A DNA stretch of 40,957 bases, from IMG/VR virus record IMGVR_UViG_2778261455_000003, positions 1 through 40,957 of that record; one strand, 5' to 3'. Positions 16,931 to 28,293 of this stretch are shown here, piece after piece. The notes beneath the pieces were generated by a model. The model worked only from the letters and a program-made list of their open reading frames with translations. It did no database searches and was not told the DNA's origin. The position numbers were made by a program, and so were the translations under genes. Each line of letters starts with the position of its first letter. Within the stretch, counting starts at the first letter, position 1. The stretch is from a virus. Taxonomy: Duplodnaviria > Heunggongvirae > Uroviricota > Caudoviricetes.

Positions 16931-17213
16931 CCTACGCAAAGAAGCGCGCGGCAGAGAATGCCAGGTACGTATTTACGGCGTATGCAATGGCAACCCTGAA
17001 ACTACAGTTCTGGCACATTACCGGATGGCTGGAATTTGCGGAACGGGAATGAAGCCTGACGACCTGATCGGTGCATGGGCTTGTAGTGCGTGTCACGATG
17101 AAATCGACCGACGCACCCATAATCTCGACAACAAAGACGCCAGACTTTACCACCTCGAAGGCGTGATCAGAACGCAGGCGATACTGCTGAGGGAGGGGAA
17201 GATTAAGTCATGA
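16923..17213 (+). CDS. DUF1364 / YbcO-like putative nuclease
   Basis: MANLRKEARGRECQVRIYGVCNGNPETTVLAHYR… resembles DLP12 YbcO (MADLRKAARGRECQVRIPGVCNGNPETSVLAH…); followed by rusA as in DLP12. Confidence 0.65.
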   Translation: MANLRKEARGRECQVRIYGVCNGNPETTVLAHYRMAGICGTGMKPDDLIGAWACSACHDEIDRRTHNLDNKDARLYHLEGVIRTQAILLREGKIKS

Positions 17214-17572
17214 ACGAATATCAGTTTGTGCTTCCATACCCGCCGTCGGTGAATACCTACTGGCGAAGACGGGGAAGCCAATATTACATAAGCGATAAAG
17301 GCCAGAAATACCGAAAAGACGTTCAGCAAATCATCCGCCAACTCAAGTTAGACATTTTCACCAAATCACGACTCCGTATCAAAGTCATCGCAGACGTTCC
17401 AGACTCCCGCCGCCGCGACCTCGACAACATCCTGAAAGGTTTACTCGACTCCCTTATCCACGCCGGATTTGCGGAAGACGACGAGCAATTCGATGACATT
17501 CGCGTAATTCGTGGTGTGAAAGTACCAGGCGGACGGCTTGGAATAAAAATCACCGAACTGGAGAACGCATGA
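17210..17572 (+). CDS. rusA: RusA-type Holliday junction resolvase
   Basis: 120-aa ORF containing the conserved RRRDLDN motif; overall resemblance to E. coli RusA. Confidence 0.85.
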   Translation: MNEYQFVLPYPPSVNTYWRRRGSQYYISDKGQKYRKDVQQIIRQLKLDIFTKSRLRIKVIADVPDSRRRDLDNILKGLLDSLIHAGFAEDDEQFDDIRVIRGVKVPGGRLGIKITELENA

Positions 17573-17757
17573 ACGCCACAATTCAAACGATACCAGAGCT
17601 TCTTATCCAGACACGAGGCAATCAGACCGAAGTGGCAAGGATGCTTTCCTGCGCAAGAGGAACAGTGCTCAAGTACAACCGAGACAGCAAAGGCGAGCGT
17701 CACGTAATAGTTAACGGCGTCCTGATGGTCAAACAGGGCAAGAGGGGAAGACGATGA
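17569..17757 (+). CDS. ninH: NinH-like small DNA-binding protein
   Basis: …NQTEVARMLSCARGTVLKYNRDSKGERHVIVNGVLMV… resembles lambda NinH. Confidence 0.6.
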   Translation: MNATIQTIPELLIQTRGNQTEVARMLSCARGTVLKYNRDSKGERHVIVNGVLMVKQGKRGRR

Positions 17758-18377
17758 GACTCGAAAGCGTAGCTAAATTTCATTCGCCAAAAAGCCCGAT
17801 GATGAGTGACTCACCACGGGCCACGGCTTCTGACTCTCTTTCCGGTACTGATGTGATGGCTGCTATGGGGATGGTGCAATCACAAGCCGGATTCGGAATG
17901 GCTGCATTCTGTGGTAAGCACGAACTCAGCCAGAACGACAAACAAAAGGCTATCAACTATCTGATGCAATTTGCACACAAGGTATCGGGGAAATACCGTG
18001 GTGTGGCAAAGCTTGAAGGAAATACTAAGGCAAAGGTACTGCAAGTGCTCGCAACATTCGCTTATGCGGATTATTGCCGTAGTGCTGCGACGCCGGGCGC
18101 AAGATGCAGAGATTGCCACGGTACAGGCCGTGCGGTTGATATAGCCAAAACAGAGCTGTGGGGGAGAGTTGTTGAGAAAGAGTGCGGAAGATGCAAAGGC
18201 GTCGGTTATTCAAGGATGCCAGCAAGCGCCGCATATCGCGCTGTAACGATGCTAATCCCCAACCTTACCCAACCCACCTGGTCACGCACTGTTAAGCCGC
18301 TGTATGACGCTCTGGTGGTGCAATGCCACAAGGAAGAGTCAATCGCAGACAATATTTTGAATGCGGTCACACGTTAG
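17754..18377 (+). CDS. Q: Late-gene antiterminator Q, lambda type
   Basis: 207-aa ORF MRLESVAKFHSPKSPMMSDSPRATASDSLSGTDVMAAMGM… recognised as lambda Q, followed by a pR'-like promoter. Confidence 0.9.
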   Translation: MRLESVAKFHSPKSPMMSDSPRATASDSLSGTDVMAAMGMVQSQAGFGMAAFCGKHELSQNDKQKAINYLMQFAHKVSGKYRGVAKLEGNTKAKVLQVLATFAYADYCRSAATPGARCRDCHGTGRAVDIAKTELWGRVVEKECGRCKGVGYSRMPASAAYRAVTMLIPNLTQPTWSRTVKPLYDALVVQCHKEESIADNILNAVTR

Positions 18378-18419
18378 CAGCATGATTGCCACGGATGGCA
18401 ACATATTAACGGCATAATA

Positions 18420-18448
18420 TTGACTTTTTGAATAAAGTTGGGTAAATT
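18420..18448 (+). promoter_or_regulatory. pR'-like late promoter (with qut region downstream)
   Basis: -35 TTGACT, 17-bp spacer, -10 TAAATT directly after Q, matching the lambda pR' arrangement. Confidence 0.6.
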
Positions 18449-18482
18449 TGACTCAACGATGGATAAATGCACTCGTTAAATA

Positions 18483-18520
18483 AAGCCCTGAGTTAATAGC
18501 TCGGGGCTTTTTGCGTTTTA
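18483..18520 (+). terminator. Putative tR'-like intrinsic terminator of the short late leader RNA
   Basis: Imperfect hairpin AGCCCTGAG…CTCGGGGCT followed by TTTTTGCGTTTT, roughly 30 to 60 nt downstream of the predicted start. Confidence 0.45.
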
Positions 18521-18810
18521 AGCACGGCCTTTCTGAAAGCACATCAAACCAAATACCAGACAGACAAAAATAATCACCTTATCCGCTGTGGCTACGGTGT
18601 GGTGTGCTTTGCATAAAAGAAAACCAGCGCAATGGCTGGCTTCGTGAAAGCGGGTGGCAAGAGGTTGCGCTAACAACCTCCTGCCGTTTTGCCCGTGCAT
18701 ATCGGTCACGAACAAATCTGATTACTAAACACAGTAGCCTGGATTTGTTCTATCAGTAATCGACCTTATTCCTAATTAAATAGAGCAAATCCCCTTATTG
18801 GGGGTAAGAC

Positions 18811-19134
18811 ATGAAGATGCCAGAAAAACATGACCTGTTAGCCGCCATTCTCGCGGCAAAGGAACAAGGCATCGGGGCAATCCTTGCGTTTGCAATGGCG
18901 TACCTTCGCGGCAGATATAATGGCGGTGCGTTTACAAAAACAGTAATCGACGCAACGATGTGCGCCATTATCGCCTGGTTCATTCGTGACCTTCTCGACT
19001 TCGCCGGACTAAGTAGCAATCTCGCTTATATTACGAGCGTGTTCATCGGCTACATCGGTACTGACTCGATTGGTTCGCTTATCAAACGCTTCGCTGCTAA
19101 AAAAGCCGGAGTAGAAGATGGTGGAAATCAATAA
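18811..19134 (+). CDS. S: Holin, lambda S type (dual-start MKM)
   Basis: 107-aa [51 protein letters not shown]… recognised as lambda S. Confidence 0.9.
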   Translation: MKMPEKHDLLAAILAAKEQGIGAILAFAMAYLRGRYNGGAFTKTVIDATMCAIIAWFIRDLLDFAGLSSNLAYITSVFIGYIGTDSIGSLIKRFAAKKAGVEDGGNQ

Positions 19135-19594
19135 TCAACGTAAGGCGTTCCTCGATATGCTGGCGTGGTCAGAGGGAACTGATAACGGACGGCAGAAAAC
19201 CAGAAATCATGGTTATGACGTCATTGTTGGCGGAGAGCTATTCACTGATTACTCAGATCACCCTCGCAAACTTGTCACGCTAAACCCAAAACTAAAATCA
19301 ACAGCTGCCGGACGTTACCAGCTTCTTTCCCGTTGGTGGGATGCCTACCGTAAGCAGCTTGGCCTGAAAGACTTCTCTCCAAAAAGCCAGGACGCTGTGG
19401 CATTGCAGCAGATTAAGGAGCGTGGCGCTTTACCGATGATTGATCGCGGTGATATTCGTCAGGCTATCGACCGTTGCAGCAATATCTGGGCTTCACTGCC
19501 GGGGGCTGGTTATGGTCAGTTCGAGCATAAGGCTGACAGCCTGATTGCAAAATTCAAAGAAGCAGGCGGAACGGTCAGAGAGATTGAGGTATGA
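19118..19594 (+). CDS. R: Endolysin, lambda R type (lytic transglycosylase)
   Basis: 158-aa [52 protein letters not shown]… recognised as lambda R. Confidence 0.9.
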   Translation: MVEINNQRKAFLDMLAWSEGTDNGRQKTRNHGYDVIVGGELFTDYSDHPRKLVTLNPKLKSTAAGRYQLLSRWWDAYRKQLGLKDFSPKSQDAVALQQIKERGALPMIDRGDIRQAIDRCSNIWASLPGAGYGQFEHKADSLIAKFKEAGGTVREIEV

Positions 19595-20028
19595 GCAGAG
19601 TCACCGCGATTATCTCCGCTCTGGTTATCTGCATCATCGTCTGTCTGTCATGGGCTGTTAATCATTACCGTGATAACGCCATGACCTACAAAGCCCAGCG
19701 CGACAAAGCCACATCCATCATCGCTGACATGCAGAAGCGTCAACGTGATGCAGCAGAACTCGACGCCAGATACACAAAGGAGCTTGCTGATGCTAACGCG
19801 ACTATCGAAAGTCTCCGTGCTGATGTTTCTGCTGGGCGTAAGCGCCTGCAAGTCGCCGCCACCTGTGCAAAGTCAACGACCGGAGCCAGCAGCATGGGCG
19901 ATGGAGAAAGCCCAAGACTTACAGCAGATGCTGAACTCAATTATTACCGTCTCAGAAGTGGAATCGACAGGATAACCGCGCAGGTTAACTACCTGCAGGA
20001 GTACATCAGGACGCAATGCCTTCGATGA
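19591..20028 (+). CDS. Rz: i-spanin Rz
   Basis: N-terminus [30 protein letters not shown]… matches lambda Rz; central and C-terminal part diverges. Confidence 0.85.
   Translation: MSRVTAIISALVICIIVCLSWAVNHYRDNAMTYKAQRDKATSIIADMQKRQRDAAELDARYTKELADANATIESLRADVSAGRKRLQVAATCAKSTTGASSMGDGESPRLTADAELNYYRLRSGIDRITAQVNYLQEYIRTQCLR
19790..19975 (+). CDS. Rz1: o-spanin Rz1 (lipoprotein), embedded in the +1 frame of Rz
   Basis: 61-aa [36 protein letters not shown]… with lipobox-like VSAC and a Pro-rich mature region, nested inside Rz. Confidence 0.65.
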   Translation: MLTRLSKVSVLMFLLGVSACKSPPPVQSQRPEPAAWAMEKAQDLQQMLNSIITVSEVESTG

Positions 20029-20467
20029 TAGCGATAATTTTACTCATCATCCTTCACATCTGGCTCTGTAGACAGGGTGGTGATCACTTCTGGAGTGAAT
20101 CCAGATTAAACATCTCATTGCTGATGCTTGATATTGAGCATCTTGCGCGCGGTAAGGGGCTGCGTTGAGATAAGAGCCAGTTCATTACAAAGCCTATCTA
20201 CGGGTGGGCTTGATAATGAAACCAAAATTTATTCTGGGTAACCAGTTACGGCAGTACAGCGAAACAACCCAAGCCAGAAAGTGGGGAAATAACACTGGCA
20301 GCCACTGAAAGATGAACCTCCAGCCTTATGGCTAAAAAGATTCTTTGTGGTGGCGGACTGATGGAAAGACATCGGATAGAATCAAGCAGTGGCTAGGGTA
20401 GCTCCCGAAAAGCGGACTCGTCACCGCCTGCCACTGAATCTATGGCGAACAACTAGACGAGGTTGTG

Positions 20468-20683
20468 ATGGATGATAACGGAAACCAATGGATCAATGTT
20501 GAACACCGGCTACCAGAAAGCAAAGAAGGGATGTGGTCTAAAGAGGTTATAGCTCTTACTGATACTGGTGACGTGTTCAAACTATCATGTATGGGCTCTT
20601 ACTGGCAGAGAACCAAGGCATTCATCGATTCAGGAGCAAGCAAGGTTACACACTGGATGCCGCTTAATTACCCAGATGATTAA
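20468..20683 (+). CDS. Hypothetical protein with DUF551-like C-terminus (…THWMPLNYPDD)
   Basis: 71-aa ORF after RBS GAGG; shares the HWMPL motif with the ORF at 3242..3805; followed by a terminator-like hairpin. Confidence 0.5.
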   Translation: MDDNGNQWINVEHRLPESKEGMWSKEVIALTDTGDVFKLSCMGSYWQRTKAFIDSGASKVTHWMPLNYPDD

Positions 20684-20700
20684 AACGGATGAAAAATGAA

Positions 20701-20726
20701 AGGTCGCTCAGGCGGCCTTTTTTATT
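20701..20726 (+). terminator. Putative intrinsic terminator
   Basis: AGGTCGC-TCAG-GCGGCCT stem-loop (one G·U pair) followed by TTTTTT. Confidence 0.45.
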
Positions 20727-20830
20727 ACCATCACAAAAGCCATTCCTTACTGAGTGGCTTTGATAATGGCTTATACCCTACACGGGATAACTTAACTGAT
20801 ATCCCTTTTAACGGATAAACGGAGCCAACA

Positions 20831-21073
20831 ATGGCAGAGATTATTCCCATGACTGAAGAACAGAAATTCCAGTTAGAGATTTACAAGCTGGTCATGAACC
20901 AGAACGCAGCCGCAGAAGAAGCATTTCAATTCATTGGCACTGACGAACTGAAGCTTGAGCTATTCAAAATTCACTTCCAGTCAGGTGGCGCTAATTCAGA
21001 TATCACGACCCGCACTATCGAAGCGGTGCGTAAATCGAAGGAAGCGTTAGACCTGTTCACTACCGGAGCGTAA
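20831..21073 (+). CDS. Hypothetical protein (80 aa) upstream of terminase
   Basis: ORF after RBS ACGGAG; no family recognised. Confidence 0.4.
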   Translation: MAEIIPMTEEQKFQLEIYKLVMNQNAAAEEAFQFIGTDELKLELFKIHFQSGGANSDITTRTIEAVRKSKEALDLFTTGA

Positions 21074-21152
21074 ACATGGCAACTCAAGGTTTCGACAACC
21101 CATACAAATTCCGCGATGAATGGGATAAGCAAGCAGAAGGGAAATAATCAAT

Positions 21153-21641
21153 ATGGCAGCACCAAAGGGCAACCGATTTTGGGAGGCCCGCAGTAGTCAT
21201 GGGCGAAACCCGAAATTCGAATCGCCTGAGGCGCTGTGGGCTGCTTGTTGTGAATACTTCGAGTGGGTGGAAGCTAACCCGCTATGGGAGATGAAGGCGT
21301 TCTCGTATCAGGGTGAAGTGATACAAGAGCCTATCGCCAAGATGCGAGCGATGACCATTACCGGCCTCACTCTGTTCATTGATGTGACGCTTGAAACATG
21401 GCGCACATATCGCCTGCGAGAAGATTTATCTGAAGTCGTTACGCGAGCAGAACAGGTCATCTACGACCAGAAATTCTCTGGCGCAGCCGCTGACCTTCTC
21501 AACGCTAATATCATCGCCCGTGATTTGGGCCTCAAAGAGCAGTCGCAAGTTGAAGACGTGACACCTGATAAGGGAGATCGCGATAAGCGGCGCTCTCGTA
21601 TCAAGGAGCTATTCAACCGTGGAACTGGACGCGATTCTTGA
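21153..21641 (+). CDS. Terminase small subunit, P22 gp3 type
   Basis: 162-aa [47 protein letters not shown]… recognised as P22 gene 3 product; contains the pac-like sequence. Confidence 0.8.
   Translation: MAAPKGNRFWEARSSHGRNPKFESPEALWAACCEYFEWVEANPLWEMKAFSYQGEVIQEPIAKMRAMTITGLTLFIDVTLETWRTYRLREDLSEVVTRAEQVIYDQKFSGAAADLLNANIIARDLGLKEQSQVEDVTPDKGDRDKRRSRIKELFNRGTGRDS
21421..21446 (+). other. pac-like packaging initiation site inside the small terminase gene
   Basis: GAAGATTTATCTGAAGTCGTTACGCG, about 268 nt into the gene; resembles the P22 pac site as recalled (GAAGACTTATCTGAAGTCGTTACGCG). Confidence 0.45.
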
Positions 21642-23118
21642 TAACCTGAACGACGAAGAGCAAATCGAATTGCTCGAGCTACTCGAAGAAGAAGAGAACT
21701 ACCGTAACACACACCTGCTATATGAATTTACGCCATACAGCAAACAGCGTGAGTTCATCGACGCCGGACATGACTACCCAGAGCGATGTTTTATGGCTGG
21801 TAACCAGCTTGGTAAGTCATTTACTGGTGCTGCTGAAGTCGCGTTTCACCTTACAGGGCGTTATCCTGGCACAAAAGGCTATCCTGCTGATGGTAAATAT
21901 GGCGGTGAGTGGAAAGGTAAGCGTTTCTATGAGCCTGTTGTTTTCTGGATTGGTGGCGAGACAAACGAGACTGTAACCAAAACGACTCAACGCATCCTGT
22001 GCGGTCGTATCGAAGAGAATGATGAGCCTGGCTACGGTTCCATACCGAAAGAAGACATCATTAGCTGGAAGAAGTCTCCTTTCTTTCCGAACCTTGTTGA
22101 TCATCTTCTGGTTAAGCATCACACGGCTGATGGCGTTGAAGATGGCATTTCAATCTGCTACTTCAAACCATACTCGCAAGGCCGTGCTCGCTGGCAGGGT
22201 GACACAATCCACGGCGTGTGGTTTGACGAAGAGCCACCATACAGCATTTATGGTGAAGGCCTTACCCGTACCAACAAATACGGGCAATTCTCAATTCTGA
22301 CGTTTACCCCGCTGATGGGGATGTCTGACGTTGTTACCAAGTTCCTGAAGAATCCCAGCAAGTCGCAGAAAGTGGTCAACATGACCATCTATGACGCTGA
22401 GCACTACACAGACGAACAGAAAGAGCAAATCATCGCATCCTATCCCGAGCATGAGAGAGAGGCGCGTGCTCGCGGTATTCCTACGATGGGTAGTGGTCGA
22501 ATCTTCCAGATACCGGAAGAGACGATTAAGTGTCAGCCGTTCGAGTGTCCTGATCACTTCTACGTAATTGGCGGGATGGATTTCGGATGGGATCACCCAC
22601 AGGCGCAGGTTCAGCTTTGGTGGGATAAGGACGCAGACACAATCTACGTTTCACGCGTGTGGAAGGCGAAAGAAAAAACAGCCGTTCAGGCGTGGGGAGC
22701 CGTTAAATCATGGGCGCATAAAGTGCCAACCGCATGGCCTCATGACGGAAACCAGCACGAGAAGGGCGGCGGTGAGCAGCTCAAAGGGCAGTATGCAGAC
22801 GCTGGTTTTATGATGTTGCAGGAGCATGCGACATGGCCTGATGGCGGTAATGCCGTGGAGCCTGGCATCACTGAATTGCGCGACATGATGCTCGATGGTC
22901 GCTTCAAAGTATTCAACACCTGTGAGCCATTCTTTGAGGAGTTCCGCCTCTATCACCGTGATGAAAACGGGAAGATCGTCAAGCTTAACGACGACGTGCT
23001 ATCCGCCGTTCGCTATGCATACATGATGCGCCGCTTCGCCAAAATGATGCGCGACATCAAAAAACCAAAAGAGAAAAAGATACCAGCCCCAATCAGGCCC
23101 ATCGCACGGAGAACTTAA
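21619..23118 (+). CDS. Terminase large subunit, P22 gp2 type
   Basis: 499-aa [40 protein letters not shown]…; start overlaps the small-subunit gene. Confidence 0.9.
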   Translation: MELDAILDNLNDEEQIELLELLEEEENYRNTHLLYEFTPYSKQREFIDAGHDYPERCFMAGNQLGKSFTGAAEVAFHLTGRYPGTKGYPADGKYGGEWKGKRFYEPVVFWIGGETNETVTKTTQRILCGRIEENDEPGYGSIPKEDIISWKKSPFFPNLVDHLLVKHHTADGVEDGISICYFKPYSQGRARWQGDTIHGVWFDEEPPYSIYGEGLTRTNKYGQFSILTFTPLMGMSDVVTKFLKNPSKSQKVVNMTIYDAEHYTDEQKEQIIASYPEHEREARARGIPTMGSGRIFQIPEETIKCQPFECPDHFYVIGGMDFGWDHPQAQVQLWWDKDADTIYVSRVWKAKEKTAVQAWGAVKSWAHKVPTAWPHDGNQHEKGGGEQLKGQYADAGFMMLQEHATWPDGGNAVEPGITELRDMMLDGRFKVFNTCEPFFEEFRLYHRDENGKIVKLNDDVLSAVRYAYMMRRFAKMMRDIKKPKEKKIPAPIRPIARRT

Positions 23119-25284
23119 ATGGCCGACGAAAACAGACTCAATTCCATTCTGTGTAAGTTTGACGCAGACTGGATGGCGAGCGATGAAGCCAGAACCGAGG
23201 CGACAAATGACCTGTATTTTAGCCGAGTGTCGCAATGGGATGACTGGCTATCAAACTACACCACCCTGCAATATCGCGGACAATTCGATGTTGTTCGCCC
23301 GGTGGTCAGGAAACTGGTCGCAGAGATGCGCCGGAACCCTATCGACGTTCTATTCAGACCAAAAGACGGCGCTAATCCTGATGCTGCCGATGTGTTGATG
23401 GGAATGTATCGTACTGATATGCGCCATAACACGGCAAAGATTGCTGTTAACGTTGGCGTTCGTGAGCAGATAGAGTCTGGCGTTGGTGCATGGCGTCTGG
23501 TCACGCAGTACGAAGACAACGATCCAACAAGCAACAATCAGGTAATCCGACGCCTTCCAATCCATGAAGCCTGCTCACACGTCATATGGGACGCAAACAG
23601 CAAGCAGATGGATAAGAGCGACGCTAAGCATTGCACGGTGATTAACGCCTTGTCGCGCAATGGCTGGAAAGAGTTCGCAGAGGATTACGGTATTGATCCG
23701 GATGCCTTGCCATCTTTCCAGAATCCGAACGATACATGGCTGTTTCCGTGGGTATCGAATGATGTCGTCTACGTCGCTGAGTATTACGAGGTAGAAGAGA
23801 AGAAGGAGAAAGTCTTCATCTACCGCGACCCGCTGACAGGTGAGCCGGTCAGCTATTACCAGCAGGATATCAAAGACGTCATCGACGACCTGGCTAATCG
23901 TGGATTCATTAAGGTAGCAGAGCGTAAGGTCAAGCGTCGGCGTGTGTATAAGTCGATCATCACCTGCACGCAGATACTGAAAGACCGCGAGAAGATAGCT
24001 GGAGAGCATATCCCAATCGTTCCTGTGTACGGCGAATGGTCATTCGCTGGTGACAAGGAGTGCTACGAGGGCGTGGTAAGGCTGACGAAAGACGGTCAAC
24101 GCCTTCGTAACATGATCATGTCGTTCAACGCCGATATTGTTGCTCGTTCACCGAAGAAGAAACCTACCTTCTTCCCTGAGCAAATCGAAGGCTACGAATA
24201 CATGTACGGTGGAAATGATGACTATCCGTACTATCTGCAGAACAGGACCGATGAAAACGGTAACGACCTGCCGATTGGTCCAATCTCCTACATGGAAAAC
24301 CCTGAAGTGCCGCAAGCCAACGCTTACATGCTTGAGGCTGCCACCAACGCAGTGAAAGAGGTGGCTAGTCTTGGTGTGGATGCGCAGGCAGCAAACTCTC
24401 AGGTCGCTTTCGATACCGTCAATCAACTGAACATGCGGGCAGACCTTGAGACATACGTGTTTCAGGATAACCTGGCTACCGCAATGCGACGTGATGGCGA
24501 GATTTATGCCTCAATGGTCAATGATATTTATGACGTTCCTCGTCATGTAACGCTGACACTTGAAGATGGAAGCGAGAAAGACGTTCAACTCTATGCGCAA
24601 GTTGTCGATTACCAGTCCGGCAATGTGGTCACACTCAACGACATTCGCGGTCGCTATGAGTGCTATACAGACGTAGGACCATCCTTCCAGAGTATGAAGG
24701 AACAGAACCGCGCAGAGATTCAGGAGTTGCTCACCAAGGTTCCGCAAGGTACTCCAGAGTTCCAGATGCTGATGCTGCAATACTTCACGCTGCTTGACGG
24801 TAAAGGCGTCGAGATGATGCGAGAGTACGCGAACAAGCAACTGGTGATGATGGGGCTGAAGAAGCCAGAAACACCTGAAGAGATGGAGATGGTACAGCAG
24901 GCACAACAACAGCCGCAGCAGCCATCAGCAGAGCAAATTCAGGCGCAGGGTATCCTTCTGCAAGGTCAGGCTGAATTGCTCAAGGCAGAGAACCAACAGG
25001 CGCAGATTCAGGTTGAAGCTGCCAAGGTTGAAGCCCAAAACCAACTCAACGCCGCGAAGATTGCAGAAATCTTCAACAATATGGACCTCGACAAGCAGGC
25101 AGAACTGCGTGAGTACCTCAAGCTCGTAGGTCAATTCCAGCAACAGCGCAGCAAAGATGCTCGTGCTAACGCGGAGCTGCTTCTTAAAGATGCAGACCAG
25201 ACTCATTCACAACGCATGGATTTCGCGAATCTTATGCGTCAAGTTCAAATCCCCTCCGGCGGAGTAGCCGAGACACCTCAATAA
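23119..25284 (+). CDS. Portal protein, P22 gp1 type
   Basis: 721-aa ORF; …[12 protein letters not shown]…[18 protein letters not shown]…[19 protein letters not shown]… matches the P22 portal. Confidence 0.9.
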   Translation: MADENRLNSILCKFDADWMASDEARTEATNDLYFSRVSQWDDWLSNYTTLQYRGQFDVVRPVVRKLVAEMRRNPIDVLFRPKDGANPDAADVLMGMYRTDMRHNTAKIAVNVGVREQIESGVGAWRLVTQYEDNDPTSNNQVIRRLPIHEACSHVIWDANSKQMDKSDAKHCTVINALSRNGWKEFAEDYGIDPDALPSFQNPNDTWLFPWVSNDVVYVAEYYEVEEKKEKVFIYRDPLTGEPVSYYQQDIKDVIDDLANRGFIKVAERKVKRRRVYKSIITCTQILKDREKIAGEHIPIVPVYGEWSFAGDKECYEGVVRLTKDGQRLRNMIMSFNADIVARSPKKKPTFFPEQIEGYEYMYGGNDDYPYYLQNRTDENGNDLPIGPISYMENPEVPQANAYMLEAATNAVKEVASLGVDAQAANSQVAFDTVNQLNMRADLETYVFQDNLATAMRRDGEIYASMVNDIYDVPRHVTLTLEDGSEKDVQLYAQVVDYQSGNVVTLNDIRGRYECYTDVGPSFQSMKEQNRAEIQELLTKVPQGTPEFQMLMLQYFTLLDGKGVEMMREYANKQLVMMGLKKPETPEEMEMVQQAQQQPQQPSAEQIQAQGILLQGQAELLKAENQQAQIQVEAAKVEAQNQLNAAKIAEIFNNMDLDKQAELREYLKLVGQFQQQRSKDARANAELLLKDADQTHSQRMDFANLMRQVQIPSGGVAETPQ

Positions 25285-25297
25285 GAGAGAGTTAATC

Positions 25298-26209
25298 ATG
25301 GACCAAACCACCGACATTCAGGCTTCTGAAGAATTAACCCTGCCCGGCAATCATGCAGCGGCATCTGCTGATGGCTTAGTTGTCGATAATGCCAACGACA
25401 ACGCAGGTCAGGAAGAAGGCTTCGAGATTGTCCTGAAAGACGATGAGAAACCAAAACAAGACCCGGCAACTAATGCTGAATTTGCCCGTCGCCGCATCGA
25501 ACGCAAACGCCAGCGTGAGCTTGAGCAACAGATGGAAGCGGTTAAGCGTGGAGAGTTGCCGGAGCACCTGCGGGTGAACCCTGAGTTACCAAAACAACCA
25601 GACCCTAACGATTATCTTTCCGAAGATGCACTGGCTAAGTACGACTATGACCAGAGCCGCGCACTGGCTGCCTTCCAGCAGGCAAATAGTGAATGGCAGA
25701 TCAAGGCTATGGACGCACGAAGCCAGGCTGTCGCCGAGCAGGGTCGCAAAACTCAGGAGTTCACCCAGCAATCAGCGCAATACGTCGAGGCAGCCCGTAA
25801 GCACTACGACGCAGCGGAAAAGCTCAATATCCCTGACTATCAGGAGAAAGAGGATGCATTCATGCAACTGGTGCCGCCAGCAGTCGGTGCCGACATCATG
25901 CGCCTCTTCCCGGAGAAATCCGCTGCTCTCATGTATCACCTTGGTGCTAATCCTGAGAAAACACGCCAGTTGCTGGCGATGGACGGGCAATCCGCGCTGA
26001 TTGAACTCACTCGACTGTCAGAACGTTTAACTCTCAAGCCTCGAGCCAAACCTGTTTCAGAAGCCCCGCTACCTGATGAACCCATTCAGGGACACGCTGT
26101 TGCTGCAAATATATCTGCGATTGAAAAGCAGATGGAAGCGGCAGCAAACAAAGGGGATGTAGAGAGATACCGCAAGCTCAAGGCGCAACTGAATAAAGGA
26201 ATTCGATAA
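25298..26209 (+). CDS. Scaffolding protein, P22 gp8 type
   Basis: 303-aa acidic helical ORF between portal and coat; same length and position as P22 gp8. Confidence 0.8.
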   Translation: MDQTTDIQASEELTLPGNHAAASADGLVVDNANDNAGQEEGFEIVLKDDEKPKQDPATNAEFARRRIERKRQRELEQQMEAVKRGELPEHLRVNPELPKQPDPNDYLSEDALAKYDYDQSRALAAFQQANSEWQIKAMDARSQAVAEQGRKTQEFTQQSAQYVEAARKHYDAAEKLNIPDYQEKEDAFMQLVPPAVGADIMRLFPEKSAALMYHLGANPEKTRQLLAMDGQSALIELTRLSERLTLKPRAKPVSEAPLPDEPIQGHAVAANISAIEKQMEAAANKGDVERYRKLKAQLNKGIR

Positions 26210-27504
26210 TGGCATTAAATGAAGGTCAACTGGTCACGTATGCTCTGGATGAAATCATCGAAACCGTCCAGAACCTGACGCCAATGGCGTCCAAAGTGAC
26301 AAAATACACCCCTCCGGCAGAATCCATGCAGCGTTCAAGCAACACCGTGTGGATGCCTGTTGAGCAGGAAGCGCCAACCCAGACTGGCTGGGATTTAACT
26401 GGCAACGCAACCGGGATTCTGGAACTCTCCGTGAAATGCAACATGGGCGATCCGGATAACGATTTCTTCGAGCTTCGTGCAGATGACCTGCGTGATGAGC
26501 GTTCTTACCGTCGTCGCATCCAGGCATCCGCCAAAAAACTGGCGAATAACATTGAGTCAGCAATTGCAAAACAGGCAACTGAAATGGGCTCGCTTGTTGT
26601 TCACGATACCCGCGCAATTGGTCCATCTACTGGCCTGTCTGGCTGGGATTTTGTGTCTGATGCAGAGCGCCTGATGTTCTCCCGTGAGCTAAACCGCGAT
26701 ATGGGCATCAGTTACTTCCTGAACCCTGACGATTACCGCAAAGCAGGCCGCAACCTGGTAGATGGTGACATCTTCGGGCGCGTTACTGAAGACGCGTATC
26801 ACAACGGTACTATTCAGCGTCAGATTGCTGGCTTTGATGAAATTCTTCGCTCACCGAAACTTCCCGCAGTTACCAAGTCAACCGCTACTGGTGTAACTGT
26901 TTCTGGTGCGCAGAAGTTTAAGCCGCAGGCATACACCCTTGATACCGATGGTAACAAAGAGAACGTCGATAACCGTGTTGCAACGGTGACCGTATCCTCC
27001 ACCACCGGATTTAAGCGCGGCGACAAAATCAGCTTCACTGGTGTGAAATTCCTGTCTCAGATGGCGAAGAACGTGCTGACTGATGATGCGACTTTCTCAA
27101 TCACCCGTGTGATCGATGGTACTCACATCGAAATCACGCCGAAGCCGATTGCGCTGGATGACGCATCACTGACAAAAGAAGAGAAGGCTTACGCTAACGT
27201 AAACACCTCTCTTGCTGATACCACTCCGGTAAACGTTCTGAACGTGGCAACAACCACCGCTAACGTGTTCTGGGCTGATGACTCAATCCGCCTGCTGTCT
27301 CAGCCGATCCCGGTAACCCATGAACTGTTTGCTGGCATGAAAACGTCTTCCTTCAGCATTCCTGGTATTGGTGTTAACGGCATCTTCGCAACGCAGGGCG
27401 ATATCAACACTCTGTCTGGTAAGTGCCGTATTGCTGTGTGGTATTCAGCATGTGCTGTACGACCAGAGGCAATTGGTGTTGGTCTGCCTAACCAGACTGC
27501 GTGA
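26209..27504 (+). CDS. Major coat protein, P22 gp5 type
   Basis: 431-aa [32 protein letters not shown]…[13 protein letters not shown]…GVGLPNQTA resembles P22 coat protein. Confidence 0.9.
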   Translation: MALNEGQLVTYALDEIIETVQNLTPMASKVTKYTPPAESMQRSSNTVWMPVEQEAPTQTGWDLTGNATGILELSVKCNMGDPDNDFFELRADDLRDERSYRRRIQASAKKLANNIESAIAKQATEMGSLVVHDTRAIGPSTGLSGWDFVSDAERLMFSRELNRDMGISYFLNPDDYRKAGRNLVDGDIFGRVTEDAYHNGTIQRQIAGFDEILRSPKLPAVTKSTATGVTVSGAQKFKPQAYTLDTDGNKENVDNRVATVTVSSTTGFKRGDKISFTGVKFLSQMAKNVLTDDATFSITRVIDGTHIEITPKPIALDDASLTKEEKAYANVNTSLADTTPVNVLNVATTTANVFWADDSIRLLSQPIPVTHELFAGMKTSSFSIPGIGVNGIFATQGDINTLSGKCRIAVWYSACAVRPEAIGVGLPNQTA

Positions 27505-27548
27505 TAACCAGAGGGAGCTTCGGCTCCCTTTTTTATCTGGAGACAAGC

Positions 27549-27792
<244 letters not shown>

Positions 27793-27815
<23 letters not shown>

Positions 27816-28293
27816 TTTAGTTCTTGCGGCATTACGTAAGCTCGGTGTGGCATCAAATGCCACGTTAACCGATATCGAACCGCAGTCTATGGAAGACGGC
27901 GTCAACGACCTTGAAATGATGATGGCTGAATGGCTTGGTGGTGATGTGTCACCTGGCATCAACGTTGGCTACATTTTTGCTGATGCAGATATCGCTCCGG
28001 ATCCGGGAGATGAGCACGGCTTATCAAATAACGCTATCAATGCCGTCATTTTCAACCTTGCCTGCCGCATTGCTCCAGATTATGCGCTGGAAGCGTCTGC
28101 AAAACTTATAACCACTGCCAGATACGGGAAAGAGCGACTCGTCAAACTGTCTGCAATGGACAGAGCAAAAGCCGCTAAATGTAAGTCCGGTTATCCAAAC
28201 CGTATGCCTGTTGGTAGCGGTAACCAGTTGGCGAAGTGGAACGGTTGGAGTTACTTCCACCGGAAGGAACCTTGCGATAACGGGAGCGAATAA
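27793..28293 (+). CDS. Head completion / tail accessory protein, P22 gp4 type
   Basis: Internal [36 protein letters not shown]… resembles P22 gp4 ([33 protein letters not shown]…); the longer track ORF starts in the repeat. Confidence 0.8.

Noticed and set aside
18518-19019. Minus-strand ORFs (65 and 74 aa) in the pR'-to-S leader and S region
   Set aside because: This stretch matches the lambda late leader and S gene, which encode nothing on the opposite strand; no RBS seen.
20029-20464. bor-like lipoprotein gene or tRNA downstream of Rz
   Set aside because: No ORF resembling lambda Bor and no tRNA-like T-arm motif were found on either strand by eye; kept only as an unexplained gap.
23575-24009. 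Minus-strand 144-aa ORF inside the portal gene
   Set aside because: Antisense to a confidently identified portal protein; typical shadow ORF.
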